64,000 nucleotides of DNA. Source: Gammaproteobacteria bacterium (GTDB lineage: Bacteria > Pseudomonadota > Gammaproteobacteria > CAJXQU01). Under the pieces are notes generated by a model. It saw only the letters and a program-made list of their open reading frames with translations. It did not search any database and was not told the DNA's origin. The stretch spans positions 800,001 through 864,000 of the forward strand of contig CBDEGZ010000003.1 of NCBI GenBank assembly GCA_965238175.1. The letters are read 5' to 3'. Position 1 is the first letter of the stretch; each line of letters begins with the position of its first letter. This document shows positions 21,099 to 30,771 of the stretch, one piece after another. The translations under genes and the position numbers were made by a program.

Positions 21099-23011
21099 GG
21101 TATCCAGCATAGTTCATTAGGGTTGGTTGTACATGTAAAAGCAGCACGGACTTGATCATTAAAATTATCATCAGCTTGTATCAGAGCATCAAAAATATCA
21201 TTTCCGTCGACATTTTCTTTAGCCGTAGGCAATGGGGTTGTATCATGTCCTTCAAAGTAATCCGTTATTGGCGCTCCACCTGTTGTTCGATCTTGGCCTG
21301 TTAATTCACTTCCAGAGTATAAGATTAATGCCCTGAAATCTCCTGAGTTTTCTGGAGCACCAGATCCTGCGGATGTTGCTGCGTAGGTATTTAAAGTTAA
21401 ACAAGGCGGAGTAGTATTACACGTTTGAACTTGGCCGCCAGGTGGGTCATCACCAGAAGCATAAGCAATATAAAAATAATGATGCCAGTTGCCATCTAAA
21501 AACCATTGCGGAATTTCACCTAGATTCGGATCAAGATCATATATGACACTTAAATCAAAAGTATTAGTGGCACTACTAACAGAAGAAAAATCCATAACTG
21601 CGCGTCCAGTTTCTGTGCCTAAACTATCAGTATCGATGATTTCTATCGTTGATGTTGTTGGAGGGGTACTTGTCAGATTAAAAGTTCTAAATCGTGTCCA
21701 ATCAGGTGATGCTGGTAGAGGAAGGACAGAATTTGAGGTGGTAGTGTATATAAAATGATATGTTCTAGTTTCACCGCCAGTTCCAGATTTAGTTGCAGTG
21801 CAGTCTATTTGATCTTTGTTTGTCCATATACAAGAAACTCCTTGAAGAAGGGGGTTGACAAAAATCGGATCTGAGTAAGTAGGGTCTTGAAATACATCTT
21901 CGCAAAGGGCTATTGGGGGTAAAGTCGAACAGGCAGGAACGGTAGGAGAAATTGTACCATCTGGAATATTCCAAGTAGCAGAGAAACTATTTGAAGAAGA
22001 AATTTCATATGTCTCATTTGGAAGATGAATGGGGAGGTGACCTTGCCTAGTGTTTGGAACTCCATTAAAAGTTGAGTTTGGATCTGTTGGGTTAATTGGA
22101 TCGCTATATGGGCTTAACCACGGCAACATCGTATTTATCCTCTGGTAAGTGGACAAGATAGTTGATACTTCGCCTATTGCTCTTTTTGCCGCAGAACTTA
22201 TTAGCTCATCAATCGTTACAAAAACCAATGTATCATTAAACTCATCAGTTTCAATCAGTGTAGTTTTTGAATTGGGATAGATAATAAAATCAAAGTTAGA
22301 CGCTGTGTCAGCATTACTATAGGTTGCTCCTCCTACTGTGACACTATCAAGAAATTCAGAAGCTACAGGTGCATTCCCGTTTCGGTTTTGATTGCTAAGT
22401 GCTTCACCCGGAGCAATCAAAACAAAAGCCACTCTATTTGAAATTTCATTACCATTTTGATCTAGAACAGTGATCCAATCCGTTGTTCTACTAAGTAAAT
22501 CCGGTCCAATTTGACGATAATCTACACCATTATTAAGCATGTTCTTTGATACGGCATACCAAAGTACCTCACCATTAGGATCTTGGTAATTCGTTTTTAA
22601 ACCTCCATATATTGTTGTTCCTGTACATGGGGTGTTTTGACCTCTCCATGGAACTTTACCAAGTAGAAAATTATTTCTGTTAGTACCTGTATCTGCTGGA
22701 TCAAAGTTTCTGCAGTCAGAAAATCCATCATATGGGTTTGTAGTTTCTGATGAGGCGATTCTGTCTGAGAAGGGCATTACGCCGGGGTGAACTGGATGAT
22801 TTAAAGACCAACCTATTAAAGCCTCTTTTGCTTCGTTTAATGCACGCATTGTTATGTGATCACGAAAGGATTGTGTGGCTGCCTTGTTCATTTTAGAGAC
22901 AAGTAAAGCCGATGCGCCTGTGACTAGTAGAAGAACAAACAATAACAGCGCCGCCCCTTTTTGCTTGTTGGGGTTGTTGATTTTGTGAGATCTAAAGCGA
23001 GACATTCTCAC
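21095..23011 (-). CDS. Large PilX/GspK-like minor pilin (putative tip protein)
   Basis: KQKG|AALLLFVLLLV (no Glu5), AL..AKEALIG, LWYAVS, FND motifs; several Cys pairs; 638 aa. Confidence 0.75.
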   Translation of the reverse strand: MRMSRFRSHKINNPNKQKGAALLLFVLLLVTGASALLVSKMNKAATQSFRDHITMRALNEAKEALIGWSLNHPVHPGVMPFSDRIASSETTNPYDGFSDCRNFDPADTGTNRNNFLLGKVPWRGQNTPCTGTTIYGGLKTNYQDPNGEVLWYAVSKNMLNNGVDYRQIGPDLLSRTTDWITVLDQNGNEISNRVAFVLIAPGEALSNQNRNGNAPVASEFLDSVTVGGATYSNADTASNFDFIIYPNSKTTLIETDEFNDTLVFVTIDELISSAAKRAIGEVSTILSTYQRINTMLPWLSPYSDPINPTDPNSTFNGVPNTRQGHLPIHLPNETYEISSSNSFSATWNIPDGTISPTVPACSTLPPIALCEDVFQDPTYSDPIFVNPLLQGVSCIWTNKDQIDCTATKSGTGGETRTYHFIYTTTSNSVLPLPASPDWTRFRTFNLTSTPPTTSTIEIIDTDSLGTETGRAVMDFSSVSSATNTFDLSVIYDLDPNLGEIPQWFLDGNWHHYFYIAYASGDDPPGGQVQTCNTTPPCLTLNTYAATSAGSGAPENSGDFRALILYSGSELTGQDRTTGGAPITDYFEGHDTTPLPTAKENVDGNDIFDALIQADDNFNDQVRAAFTCTTNPNELCWIP

Positions 23012-23015
23012 TTTT

Positions 23016-23633
23016 TTATTTGTTAGGTTTCTCTAACATTTTTTGATAGGAGTCGGTGATTTTTTCGGCTTTTGGATTGAGTGTTTGGCCGACTTTGAGG
23101 CTGACGTCACCGATGTTGATGTCATCGACTTCGACATGTACGTGATCACGTCCAATTCGGTTTGGGTTTACTTTGATGTGTTGCGGTTCAAAGTAACCAT
23201 CGTTGGTGTTGATGCCATTGACCCATGCAGTGCTTCTTCCTCCAGAGCGTTTCACAAAACCGTTGACAGTAATTTTCGGTATTTCGGGTGTAGAAACGGT
23301 AACAATTTCAGGTTTTTTTTGTGTCTTAATGACGATAGGTTCTGGCTTCGGTTGGAACTGAAATTGATCAATCACGTCATGTTTGAATTTTTCTTGTGGC
23401 GGTTCAAATTTACTATGATCGACAATGGTGATCGGCGTATAGGTTTGTTTAGTTGTTTGTTGTTTTTGGGCTGGGTGGCGCAGTCTTTCAAGTGTTGCGC
23501 GTTCACTTGCGGTTGTAAATAAACGTCCTAGGCCTTCTGCGAATGTGCTTGGAGCGAATAGGATGATCATAAGTAGGTTGATCAATAATGAAGGTTTATT
23601 TTTGATCATGTTTTTAAGTGAATTCGTTTTCAT
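23016..23633 (-). CDS. Exported accessory protein of the type IV filament cluster
   Basis: Signal-like segment, LGRLFTT..ER..L, NGFVKRSGG.STAWVNG, LKVGQ; inside the co-oriented cluster. Confidence 0.75.
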   Translation of the reverse strand: MKTNSLKNMIKNKPSLLINLLMIILFAPSTFAEGLGRLFTTASERATLERLRHPAQKQQTTKQTYTPITIVDHSKFEPPQEKFKHDVIDQFQFQPKPEPIVIKTQKKPEIVTVSTPEIPKITVNGFVKRSGGRSTAWVNGINTNDGYFEPQHIKVNPNRIGRDHVHVEVDDINIGDVSLKVGQTLNPKAEKITDSYQKMLEKPNK

Positions 23634-23737
23634 AGAGATCTTTGCAGGAGTAGAGCCTGCCCCACGAGTGAAACGAGTGTTTTGGGTACGTTTTTAACGA
23701 AGCCAGAGGATAAAAGAACAATCGTGCAAAGGTTTCT
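23634..23737. mobile_element. Small MITE-like element with IS5-family-like ends
   Basis: Imperfect terminal inverted repeats AGAGATCTTTGCA / TGCAAAGGTTTCT (11/13) bounding the whole intergenic gap. Confidence 0.5.
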
Positions 23738-24351
23738 CATAATTTGATCTCCTCATTAGCCAGGTTGAGGCTGTACCATTGTAATTCGCAATTGGCACTA
23801 ATATTCGATTTTTCCGGATCAATCTGGATACTTTTATTGGTTCGATTGAAACGGCAACGTTTGATGTTGAACAGGCCTGATGCATCTTTGTTTAATTCGC
23901 TGATCAATTTTGCCAGATCAATTTCATGTAATAGACCAAGGTTGAGATTCATGCTGGTGGCGAAAAGATTATATGAGCCGGTGTCTAGTTTGTAGTCTGG
24001 CAGGTAGGGTTTTCGGGATTCGATCTGATAGCGCATTGCTGGGAGATTGATTCCTTTACCGATGGATTGCAGTGTTTCAATCCAGTTAAGACGTTTTTCT
24101 GATCCGATAATGCCACGGTTGTAGTACTCGATAAAACGTGGGTAGTGTTCTTTGATAATTTTTTCATCGCCATCGACAGACAGGTATTTTTGGCTGACAT
24201 CGCGGAAGTGATTTTGATATTGATTAAATTCAGTTTTCATGTTGTCGCGGAATAAAAAGCTGCCTGCTAGTAGTGCACCAGAGAGAATCAGGCAAACAAA
24301 AAAAGTGAGTATTGAGCTTTGTAGTATTGGCCACTCGATTTTATGTTTCAT
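23737..24351 (-). CDS. Bitopic PilO/GspM-like alignment protein
   Basis: Probable start 24351; N-terminal TM, coiled coil, G.E.RL.WIE.L, LLHE.DL, C.L.W; position after the PilM/N-like gene. Confidence 0.7.
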   Translation of the reverse strand: MKHKIEWPILQSSILTFFVCLILSGALLAGSFLFRDNMKTEFNQYQNHFRDVSQKYLSVDGDEKIIKEHYPRFIEYYNRGIIGSEKRLNWIETLQSIGKGINLPAMRYQIESRKPYLPDYKLDTGSYNLFATSMNLNLGLLHEIDLAKLISELNKDASGLFNIKRCRFNRTNKSIQIDPEKSNISANCELQWYSLNLANEEIKL

Positions 24352-25936
24352 TTTCGACTCCCAAAACAACGGTTAGTGCAAAAATGGCTTCGTGTATTTC
24401 TTGGTCACGCGATTCACCTGAAAGTTGAGATTCTGGGCTGATATCTAATGGTAGACTGTCGATATTAACGTGATGCACATTATCAGCGACTTTCATTGAG
24501 TTCGCAAAGCGTATGACAATCCCCAATGCATTTCGGTAATTTCCATCGAAGGAGGTGATATGACCTTTGATGGTGGCAATTTGGTAGTAGGAGTAGTCGC
24601 CTTTTTCTATTGGGTTTTTGCCATTTTCCCCAAGTGAAATATTATTGATCGGATGCGTATTTGGATCAGAACTTACTACCCAGTCTATGCCATCAATTTG
24701 TATACTGGGATAACGACTGAGCACTTTGCTCACGGTGTTCATCATTAAAAAAGGAGTAGATTTGTGTTTGACCAGAGAATCAATAATGTTTATCGCGTTT
24801 TTGATATCGGCCGGTTGAACAGCTGTCGGCGGCAGATCTTTTTTCGCTATTTCGTATCGCGATTGATAATACTCAGCTTCTTTTGCGGCTTTAACAGACT
24901 GATGTTTTAGTGAAATGCCTGAAATAAAATTATATCCACCCCAGGTGGTCGCACCCAATATCATCATTAAACTGGCTGCATATAATCCGACCCGTGCCTG
25001 GTGCATTGAAAAGTAATGCCGATTTTCATTGGAGCCATAATGATTGCTTGGTGTTTTGGACAACAACATGTGTGCATAGATGTAATCGCTAAACGGGGTT
25101 GACAGCACTCCTTCGACACCCATTTCATGACTTAATGTTGAGACGTCAACCAAATGATAACGAGTCTTTCCAGTGTCTTTAATTCGTGTTTGCAGATCGG
25201 CTAGCATTTCACCGTGAGCAAGAATATAAATATCAAGCGGTTCTTCCCGCGACAGTGTACGTAGATTATTTAAGTAGCGATAAAACTTTTCGAGTTCTGA
25301 TAGAACATAAGGGCCATATGGAGTTGTTCCAAAACGCGGCAATTTAGCCAGACGACTGATCTGAATTTGTTGATCACGAAAGTAGGTTTGTCGTAGTCCG
25401 CTTGAGCCGCCCATGCTAACGAGTAAAGTGTTACTCGATTTTGCATCCAATGGTTTGAGCAAGGCTTTACTCATAATCGGTAAAGAGTAAATGCCAGCAA
25501 GTGGAATTTTATGTTGTTCGAGTAAAGTGATCCATGGTGTGACTGCCGCAGGGTTAGTCAGTGCTGTTAATAATACTTTATCGTCTTTGCGGCCTTCTTT
25601 TTCACGACCTTGAAGCATGTAGTGAGTGTAAGGGGAGTTACGAAAGTTTCGGCTGAGTTTTCGTTCAAGAACGTTTTTGCGATCTGATCCACTGACATGT
25701 GGAACCGTGTCATGGCGGAATTCTTCTTCGACAACATCAACCAGCATGTAAGTTGGTAGTATCGGTGTTTCTTGTAAATAGCGCGTAAAGTGATAACGAC
25801 CTGTATCGTCAGCATCAAACTGGAAGGAATCCGTAATCTCACCATCTTGCCAATGGTAAACCGTCACCGCATCAACAGCGAGGCAAACAGCGCGTTTGGG
25901 GCCGCGACTAAATTTTGATCTTAGCAATGAGATCAT
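24341..25936 (-). CDS. PilM/PilN (GspL)-like fused alignment protein
   Basis: Cytoplasmic N-terminal region (LVDVVEEEFR, GLRQTYF..Q..SRL), TM near residue 320, periplasmic C-terminal region; follows platform gene. Confidence 0.7.
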   Translation of the reverse strand: MISLLRSKFSRGPKRAVCLAVDAVTVYHWQDGEITDSFQFDADDTGRYHFTRYLQETPILPTYMLVDVVEEEFRHDTVPHVSGSDRKNVLERKLSRNFRNSPYTHYMLQGREKEGRKDDKVLLTALTNPAAVTPWITLLEQHKIPLAGIYSLPIMSKALLKPLDAKSSNTLLVSMGGSSGLRQTYFRDQQIQISRLAKLPRFGTTPYGPYVLSELEKFYRYLNNLRTLSREEPLDIYILAHGEMLADLQTRIKDTGKTRYHLVDVSTLSHEMGVEGVLSTPFSDYIYAHMLLSKTPSNHYGSNENRHYFSMHQARVGLYAASLMMILGATTWGGYNFISGISLKHQSVKAAKEAEYYQSRYEIAKKDLPPTAVQPADIKNAINIIDSLVKHKSTPFLMMNTVSKVLSRYPSIQIDGIDWVVSSDPNTHPINNISLGENGKNPIEKGDYSYYQIATIKGHITSFDGNYRNALGIVIRFANSMKVADNVHHVNIDSLPLDISPESQLSGESRDQEIHEAIFALTVVLGVENET

Positions 25937-27116
25937 AAATGGGTCCTAATATGGAGAACATTATCCACCCAACCAGCAAACCGATCAAAACGGTTAGTGC
26001 GGGTCCTATTATTTGTTGTAACTGCTCAACAGACTCCTTTACTTCACGATTATAAAAGTAACTTACATTTTGCAGAGACTTTTCCAGTGTTCCAGTGTTT
26101 TCACCTACACGTAGCATGCGTAACACCAATGGTGGGAATAATGTCGTTTTCCCAAAGGCAGCGCTAATTCCTTCACCATCTGCAATCAATCTTCCTGCAT
26201 CTTTGATTGCACTCGCTATCGCTGCGTTACCAACGATGGCTTCCCCAGATTTTACACACTCAATAACGGTAATACCTGATGCGTACATAATAGCGAAATA
26301 ATTTGTAAACCGAGTCATCACCATCTTTTTCAGGATTGGGCCGAATACCGGTATCTTTAATTTTAAACCATCAAACCAACGACGAAAATCTGTACTCGTA
26401 TTGAGCCCAAACATAACAGCGATAAAAATAATAAAAGGTAACAGGATAAACAGGTACCAAAATTCTGTAAAGAAATTGGAAACAGCGATCAATAGTCGCG
26501 TGTGAGAGGGTAATTCTTCACCCATGTTTTGCATAAATTGCATTAATTGTGGGACAAGATAGAGCATTAAAAAAAAGACAACGCCGATGATAATCGTGAA
26601 AACAAACACTGGATAAATAAACAGTTTTTTAGTATTTGCAGCTTGCTCGTCCTGCCATTTCAGGTTCTCGGTGATATGTTCTAAAACTTGTACCAGTTCA
26701 CCACTTTGTTCTCCAGCTCGGATCAAATTAACGAATACTGTCCCGAATTCATTTGGAAAGTCAGCCATGGCCTCGGAAAGGCTTTTTCCACCGCCGATAG
26801 TTTCGATCATGGCGATGATCACATCTTTTAAACGTGGGCTGTCAACACTATCGCGAAGATCACTCAATGCCTCAAGGATAGGAACACCGGCACGTAATAG
26901 TTGATCGAGATGAAAACAAAAAGTGATCAAATCGGCACGTTTGAGTTTTTGTTTTAGAAGAAAAACGCCTCTATTTTTATGGATCTCCTTAAAGGAAATT
27001 AAATCCAGCCCAAGTCTTGTTAGTCTAAACTCGAGATCACCAGGATTCAGGGCATTTGATCGGCCGTTTACATATTTTCCTGCTTTATCAATCGCTTTGT
27101 ATTTAAAAAGCTCCAT
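25908..27116 (-). CDS. Type II secretion F family/PilC platform protein
   Basis: FKYKAID..G, L..LL.AGVPILEAL, AGEQSGEL, YP.F, GE.TG.L, PIYDL; three TM segments. Confidence 0.95.
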   Translation of the reverse strand: MELFKYKAIDKAGKYVNGRSNALNPGDLEFRLTRLGLDLISFKEIHKNRGVFLLKQKLKRADLITFCFHLDQLLRAGVPILEALSDLRDSVDSPRLKDVIIAMIETIGGGKSLSEAMADFPNEFGTVFVNLIRAGEQSGELVQVLEHITENLKWQDEQAANTKKLFIYPVFVFTIIIGVVFFLMLYLVPQLMQFMQNMGEELPSHTRLLIAVSNFFTEFWYLFILLPFIIFIAVMFGLNTSTDFRRWFDGLKLKIPVFGPILKKMVMTRFTNYFAIMYASGITVIECVKSGEAIVGNAAIASAIKDAGRLIADGEGISAAFGKTTLFPPLVLRMLRVGENTGTLEKSLQNVSYFYNREVKESVEQLQQIIGPALTVLIGLLVGWIMFSILGPIYDLIAKIKI

Positions 27117-27121
27117 TAGAA

Positions 27122-28828
27122 CTAGCCTATGCGCTCGGTAAGATCGATCACGCGTGAAATTTCATCCAGGCTGGTTGAGCCTTCCAGGATTTTTCTGATC
27201 CCCATGTCCGCAAGGGTCTTAAACTCTTTTGCTTCTGCCGCTTCGTGTAGTTCTTTTAACGTTGCATTTGCAGCAATCAGCTCATCAATTTCTTGATCAA
27301 ACTTGAGAATTTCCATGATTGCTAAGCGGCCGGTGTAACCATGATGGTCACACTCATCACAGCCTTTTGCACGATAAATTTTGATTGGTTTAGTACCGGT
27401 TTTTATACCAAGCAGGCGACGCTCAATTTCTAAAGGCTCATAAGATTCTTTGCAATGCTCGCAAAGCTGTCGTACTAATCGTTGAGCCATTACACCGATA
27501 ATATTGCCGGCCATAATCTCTGGGCGTATGCCGATATCTATCAAACGTGGAATGGCGCCCATGGAGGAGTTCGTATGCAGTGTGGTAAAAACCTGATGGC
27601 CTGTCATGGCAGCGCGAAAAGCCATGCTGGCGGTGTCTTCATCACGAACCTCACCGACCAAGATGATATCTGGATCTTGGCGTAGAATTGATCTGATACC
27701 GCTAGCGAAATCGAGTCGTACTGCTTCATTAACTGACGTTTGTCGGATCATACTCAATGGATATTCCACCGGATCTTCCAACGTCATAATATTTACAGAT
27801 TCGGTATTTAGATGCGAGAGCAAAGAGTAAAGCGTTGTTGTTTTACCACTGCCGGTTGGGCCAGTGACTAAGACAATCCCATTTGGTCGGGCAACCATGA
27901 TTTTGAGTAGATCTAAAACATCTTCGTCTAGGCCGAGATCTTCGAGTTTAACAAGGCCTTTTAAGCGATCAAGAATACGCAGGACAATGTTTTCGCCATG
28001 AACGGTTGGGATAGTAGAAACACGAAAATCGATCGGACGACCTGAAAAAGTAAGTGTGATCCGGCCATCTTGCGGTTTACGCGTTTCTGCAATGTCGAGT
28101 CCCGCCATTACCTTTAAGCGAACTGCAATCGCTGACCAATAGTTTTTATGTAAACTACGGACTTGGCGTAATACACCATCAACTCGAAAACGAAAACGTA
28201 GGAAACCTTCTTCGGGTTCAAAGTGTATATCTGAGGCATTGCGTTTTACTGCATCGGATAATAATGCGTTGACTAAACGCACGACAGGTTGGCTATACTC
28301 GTCGGTATCACCTTCGAGACTGTCATAATCAATCTCGCCCGTTTCAATCTCTTTAAGAATGCCATCTACGGATAATTCAAATCCATAGAATTGATCAATG
28401 GCTTTCTGGATTTCTGCTTCACCAGCGAGTGAAACGTCTATCTCTACATCGCCACCCATCAATGCGTTTATTTGATCAATTGCGACAACATTGAATATAT
28501 CAGCCATCGCAATACTCAGATGGTTTCGATTTTTGTCGTAGGTCAGTGGAAGCAATTTGTAACGACGAGCAAGCTCTTTGGGAATTCTTTTTATTGCTTC
28601 GCTATCGGGTACAACATTGGATAAATCGGTACTTTGTTGTCCGAGAGCACCACCTAAGACATCTCGAATAATTGCCTCTGTCGCAAATCCTAAACGTACA
28701 AGAATTCTACCCAGATGTTCATTGTGCTTTTTCTGTTCAATCAGCGCGATGCGGAGTTGATCATTACTGATCACACCATTTTCAATCAGTATTTCGCCGA
28801 TGCGGAGGGAATTATTCTGTGAATTCAT
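27122..28828 (-). CDS. GspE/PilB/MshE assembly ATPase with MshEN-type N-terminus
   Basis: RIGEILIENGVI..QL..AL.EQ, ASDIHFEP, GPTGSGKTTT, EDPVE, LRQDPDII.VGEVRD, TGH...TLH, CxxC..CxxC. Confidence 0.96.
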   Translation of the reverse strand: MNSQNNSLRIGEILIENGVISNDQLRIALIEQKKHNEHLGRILVRLGFATEAIIRDVLGGALGQQSTDLSNVVPDSEAIKRIPKELARRYKLLPLTYDKNRNHLSIAMADIFNVVAIDQINALMGGDVEIDVSLAGEAEIQKAIDQFYGFELSVDGILKEIETGEIDYDSLEGDTDEYSQPVVRLVNALLSDAVKRNASDIHFEPEEGFLRFRFRVDGVLRQVRSLHKNYWSAIAVRLKVMAGLDIAETRKPQDGRITLTFSGRPIDFRVSTIPTVHGENIVLRILDRLKGLVKLEDLGLDEDVLDLLKIMVARPNGIVLVTGPTGSGKTTTLYSLLSHLNTESVNIMTLEDPVEYPLSMIRQTSVNEAVRLDFASGIRSILRQDPDIILVGEVRDEDTASMAFRAAMTGHQVFTTLHTNSSMGAIPRLIDIGIRPEIMAGNIIGVMAQRLVRQLCEHCKESYEPLEIERRLLGIKTGTKPIKIYRAKGCDECDHHGYTGRLAIMEILKFDQEIDELIAANATLKELHEAAEAKEFKTLADMGIRKILEGSTSLDEISRVIDLTERIG

Positions 28829-28863
28829 ACCTGAATTTATCAGCGTCTAAATAGGTCAGACGG

Positions 28864-30759
28864 TTAATTATTAACAATGCCGGAAAGTTTCTGGATCCGC
28901 GCGAGCACTTGAGAAGTGTTGAAGCTAACGGGAGCTTGCTGGGCCAGTTTTAATGCCGATCTATAGTAGCCTAACGCAGCCTTTGGTTGACTCATTTGGT
29001 CAAGACTTACAGCAAGATTATAAGCGTAATCGGCATTTTTTTGATCGGTATTAAAAGCCTCAAAAAAAGATTGCTGTGCTTCAGGCCAACGGGCTTGTTT
29101 TGCATAAAAACTGCCCAAGCTAAAATGTACTTGTGGAGAGTCCGGATTTTGGTCTAGTGACAATTTCAGCTGACTTTCGTTTACATTCCCTCCAGCGTTT
29201 CCTTGAAGATTAAACAACGCCGCTTTTACGATTTGATCCTGCGGGTTTTGTTGTAATAAATGTTGATAGTGGTGATAAGCAGTTTCGTAATTACCTTCCA
29301 TGACAGCAATGGCTGCGACACCAAGTAGCGCATCGCGATTATCTGGTCGACGGCTTAAAACTTTTCGATAGGCTGTTTTTGCATTCAAATAATCTCCAGA
29401 TAGATAGGCGCGGTATGCGGTGGTGAGATCTGAATTACTTGTTCGACGAATTTGACCCTTGGTGATTTTGATCGCACTTTTCGGTAGGGTTAGGCCTTCC
29501 GCAAAATCTTCGGCCGACATAACCTCGATAGGTTGATTACTGATAGTTGTTTGATTTTCTAGTGTGAACTCACTTTCAAGAAAATCGCCTGTTGAAGCTG
29601 TTTTTGTTAATTGATCAGAGCGAACGAAAATTCTTTCGGTTTTTGACGTTTTATCTGGAACAGATTTTCCGAATTGAGAGCCCATTTCGGAAAAATCCAC
29701 AACTTCATGGTCTGTTAGTGCGTAACTTGGAAGACCTTTTTTTTGTATTGACAGAGCTTCAGTAGCAGGAATTGAACGTATAACCACAGGTTCAGGAGTT
29801 ATAAAAACAGTTTCTGTTACAACCGGAGCTTTCTGGTTACTTGGAACATTTTCAAATGTTTGCTGGGTTTTCTCAGTTTGTTCAGAAACTGATGGTGCAA
29901 TCTCTTTAACCACCGCTGTAAGAATTGGATCTTCAAGTTCTACCGGGGTTGTGTCTGGTTCAAAAGGGGGCGCTATTGTTGTCACGGTATCTACATCAAC
30001 TTCAACTGTTTGCGGTTGTTCGTCGGGTGAGTCAACCATCGTTGCAACAGTTGGTAATGCCGTTGGTACATTGATCGTGCTTGGTGTTATGTAGGAATAG
30101 TAAAGTGCCACAGCGCCTAAACCCAATGCTAAAAAGAGCGTTCCTAAAAGAGCGTATTTGGCTAGACCTGTAGAGGCTTTTCTTGAATTACCCGCAGTGA
30201 AAATGGTATGTGCGGTAACATGGGTCGCAGACAGATTCAACGGTGAGGTGCTGGTGACGGAATGTTCTGTAACATCAGGCGCAATGGCAGCATCTATCGC
30301 GCTTTCATCCATCGTAATGGACTGGGACGCCTCGAAATAATCTTTCAATGATGTTTGGATTGCCCTTTCCGAAGGTAAGGTAGCATCGTGATCAAAATCT
30401 GATCTTTGTGAACCTGAATCCGTTTGTAAGGTGAGGTCATCATAAGTTGAACTCACGGCTTTTTCTGGCAGATCTATTATTACTTCTTTTATGGTGGTGT
30501 CATCTAACTCAGGGGCTTGATCGCGGATAGATGTAGTTTCAGGAGATGTGTTTTGTGATTTTGGTTCAAGTTCTAATTCACTCGTTTCAAACGCCCAATT
30601 TTCATCTTGATCCGAAACTGATTTGATCGGTGTATGTTTTTTTTCTAAAGGATCCGTAATCTCTTGCTCGAGTGAAGCTGATTTGTCTTCTGGGTTATTC
30701 TCAGCCGCACGCTGTTTTTCCCTTTCAGCTTTTTTAAGCGCATCCATTAACAAGCTCAT
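28864..30759 (-). CDS. Membrane-anchored TPR protein (ExeB-like N-terminus; MshN-like)
   Basis: MSLLMDALKKAE start, acidic linker, TM near residue 200-222, Pro/Thr-rich stalk, C-terminal TPRs (W.EAQQ.FF.A, YNLAVSLD). Confidence 0.8.
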   Translation of the reverse strand: MSLLMDALKKAEREKQRAAENNPEDKSASLEQEITDPLEKKHTPIKSVSDQDENWAFETSELELEPKSQNTSPETTSIRDQAPELDDTTIKEVIIDLPEKAVSSTYDDLTLQTDSGSQRSDFDHDATLPSERAIQTSLKDYFEASQSITMDESAIDAAIAPDVTEHSVTSTSPLNLSATHVTAHTIFTAGNSRKASTGLAKYALLGTLFLALGLGAVALYYSYITPSTINVPTALPTVATMVDSPDEQPQTVEVDVDTVTTIAPPFEPDTTPVELEDPILTAVVKEIAPSVSEQTEKTQQTFENVPSNQKAPVVTETVFITPEPVVIRSIPATEALSIQKKGLPSYALTDHEVVDFSEMGSQFGKSVPDKTSKTERIFVRSDQLTKTASTGDFLESEFTLENQTTISNQPIEVMSAEDFAEGLTLPKSAIKITKGQIRRTSNSDLTTAYRAYLSGDYLNAKTAYRKVLSRRPDNRDALLGVAAIAVMEGNYETAYHHYQHLLQQNPQDQIVKAALFNLQGNAGGNVNESQLKLSLDQNPDSPQVHFSLGSFYAKQARWPEAQQSFFEAFNTDQKNADYAYNLAVSLDQMSQPKAALGYYRSALKLAQQAPVSFNTSQVLARIQKLSGIVNN

Positions 30760-30771
30760 ACCATAAGCTCC

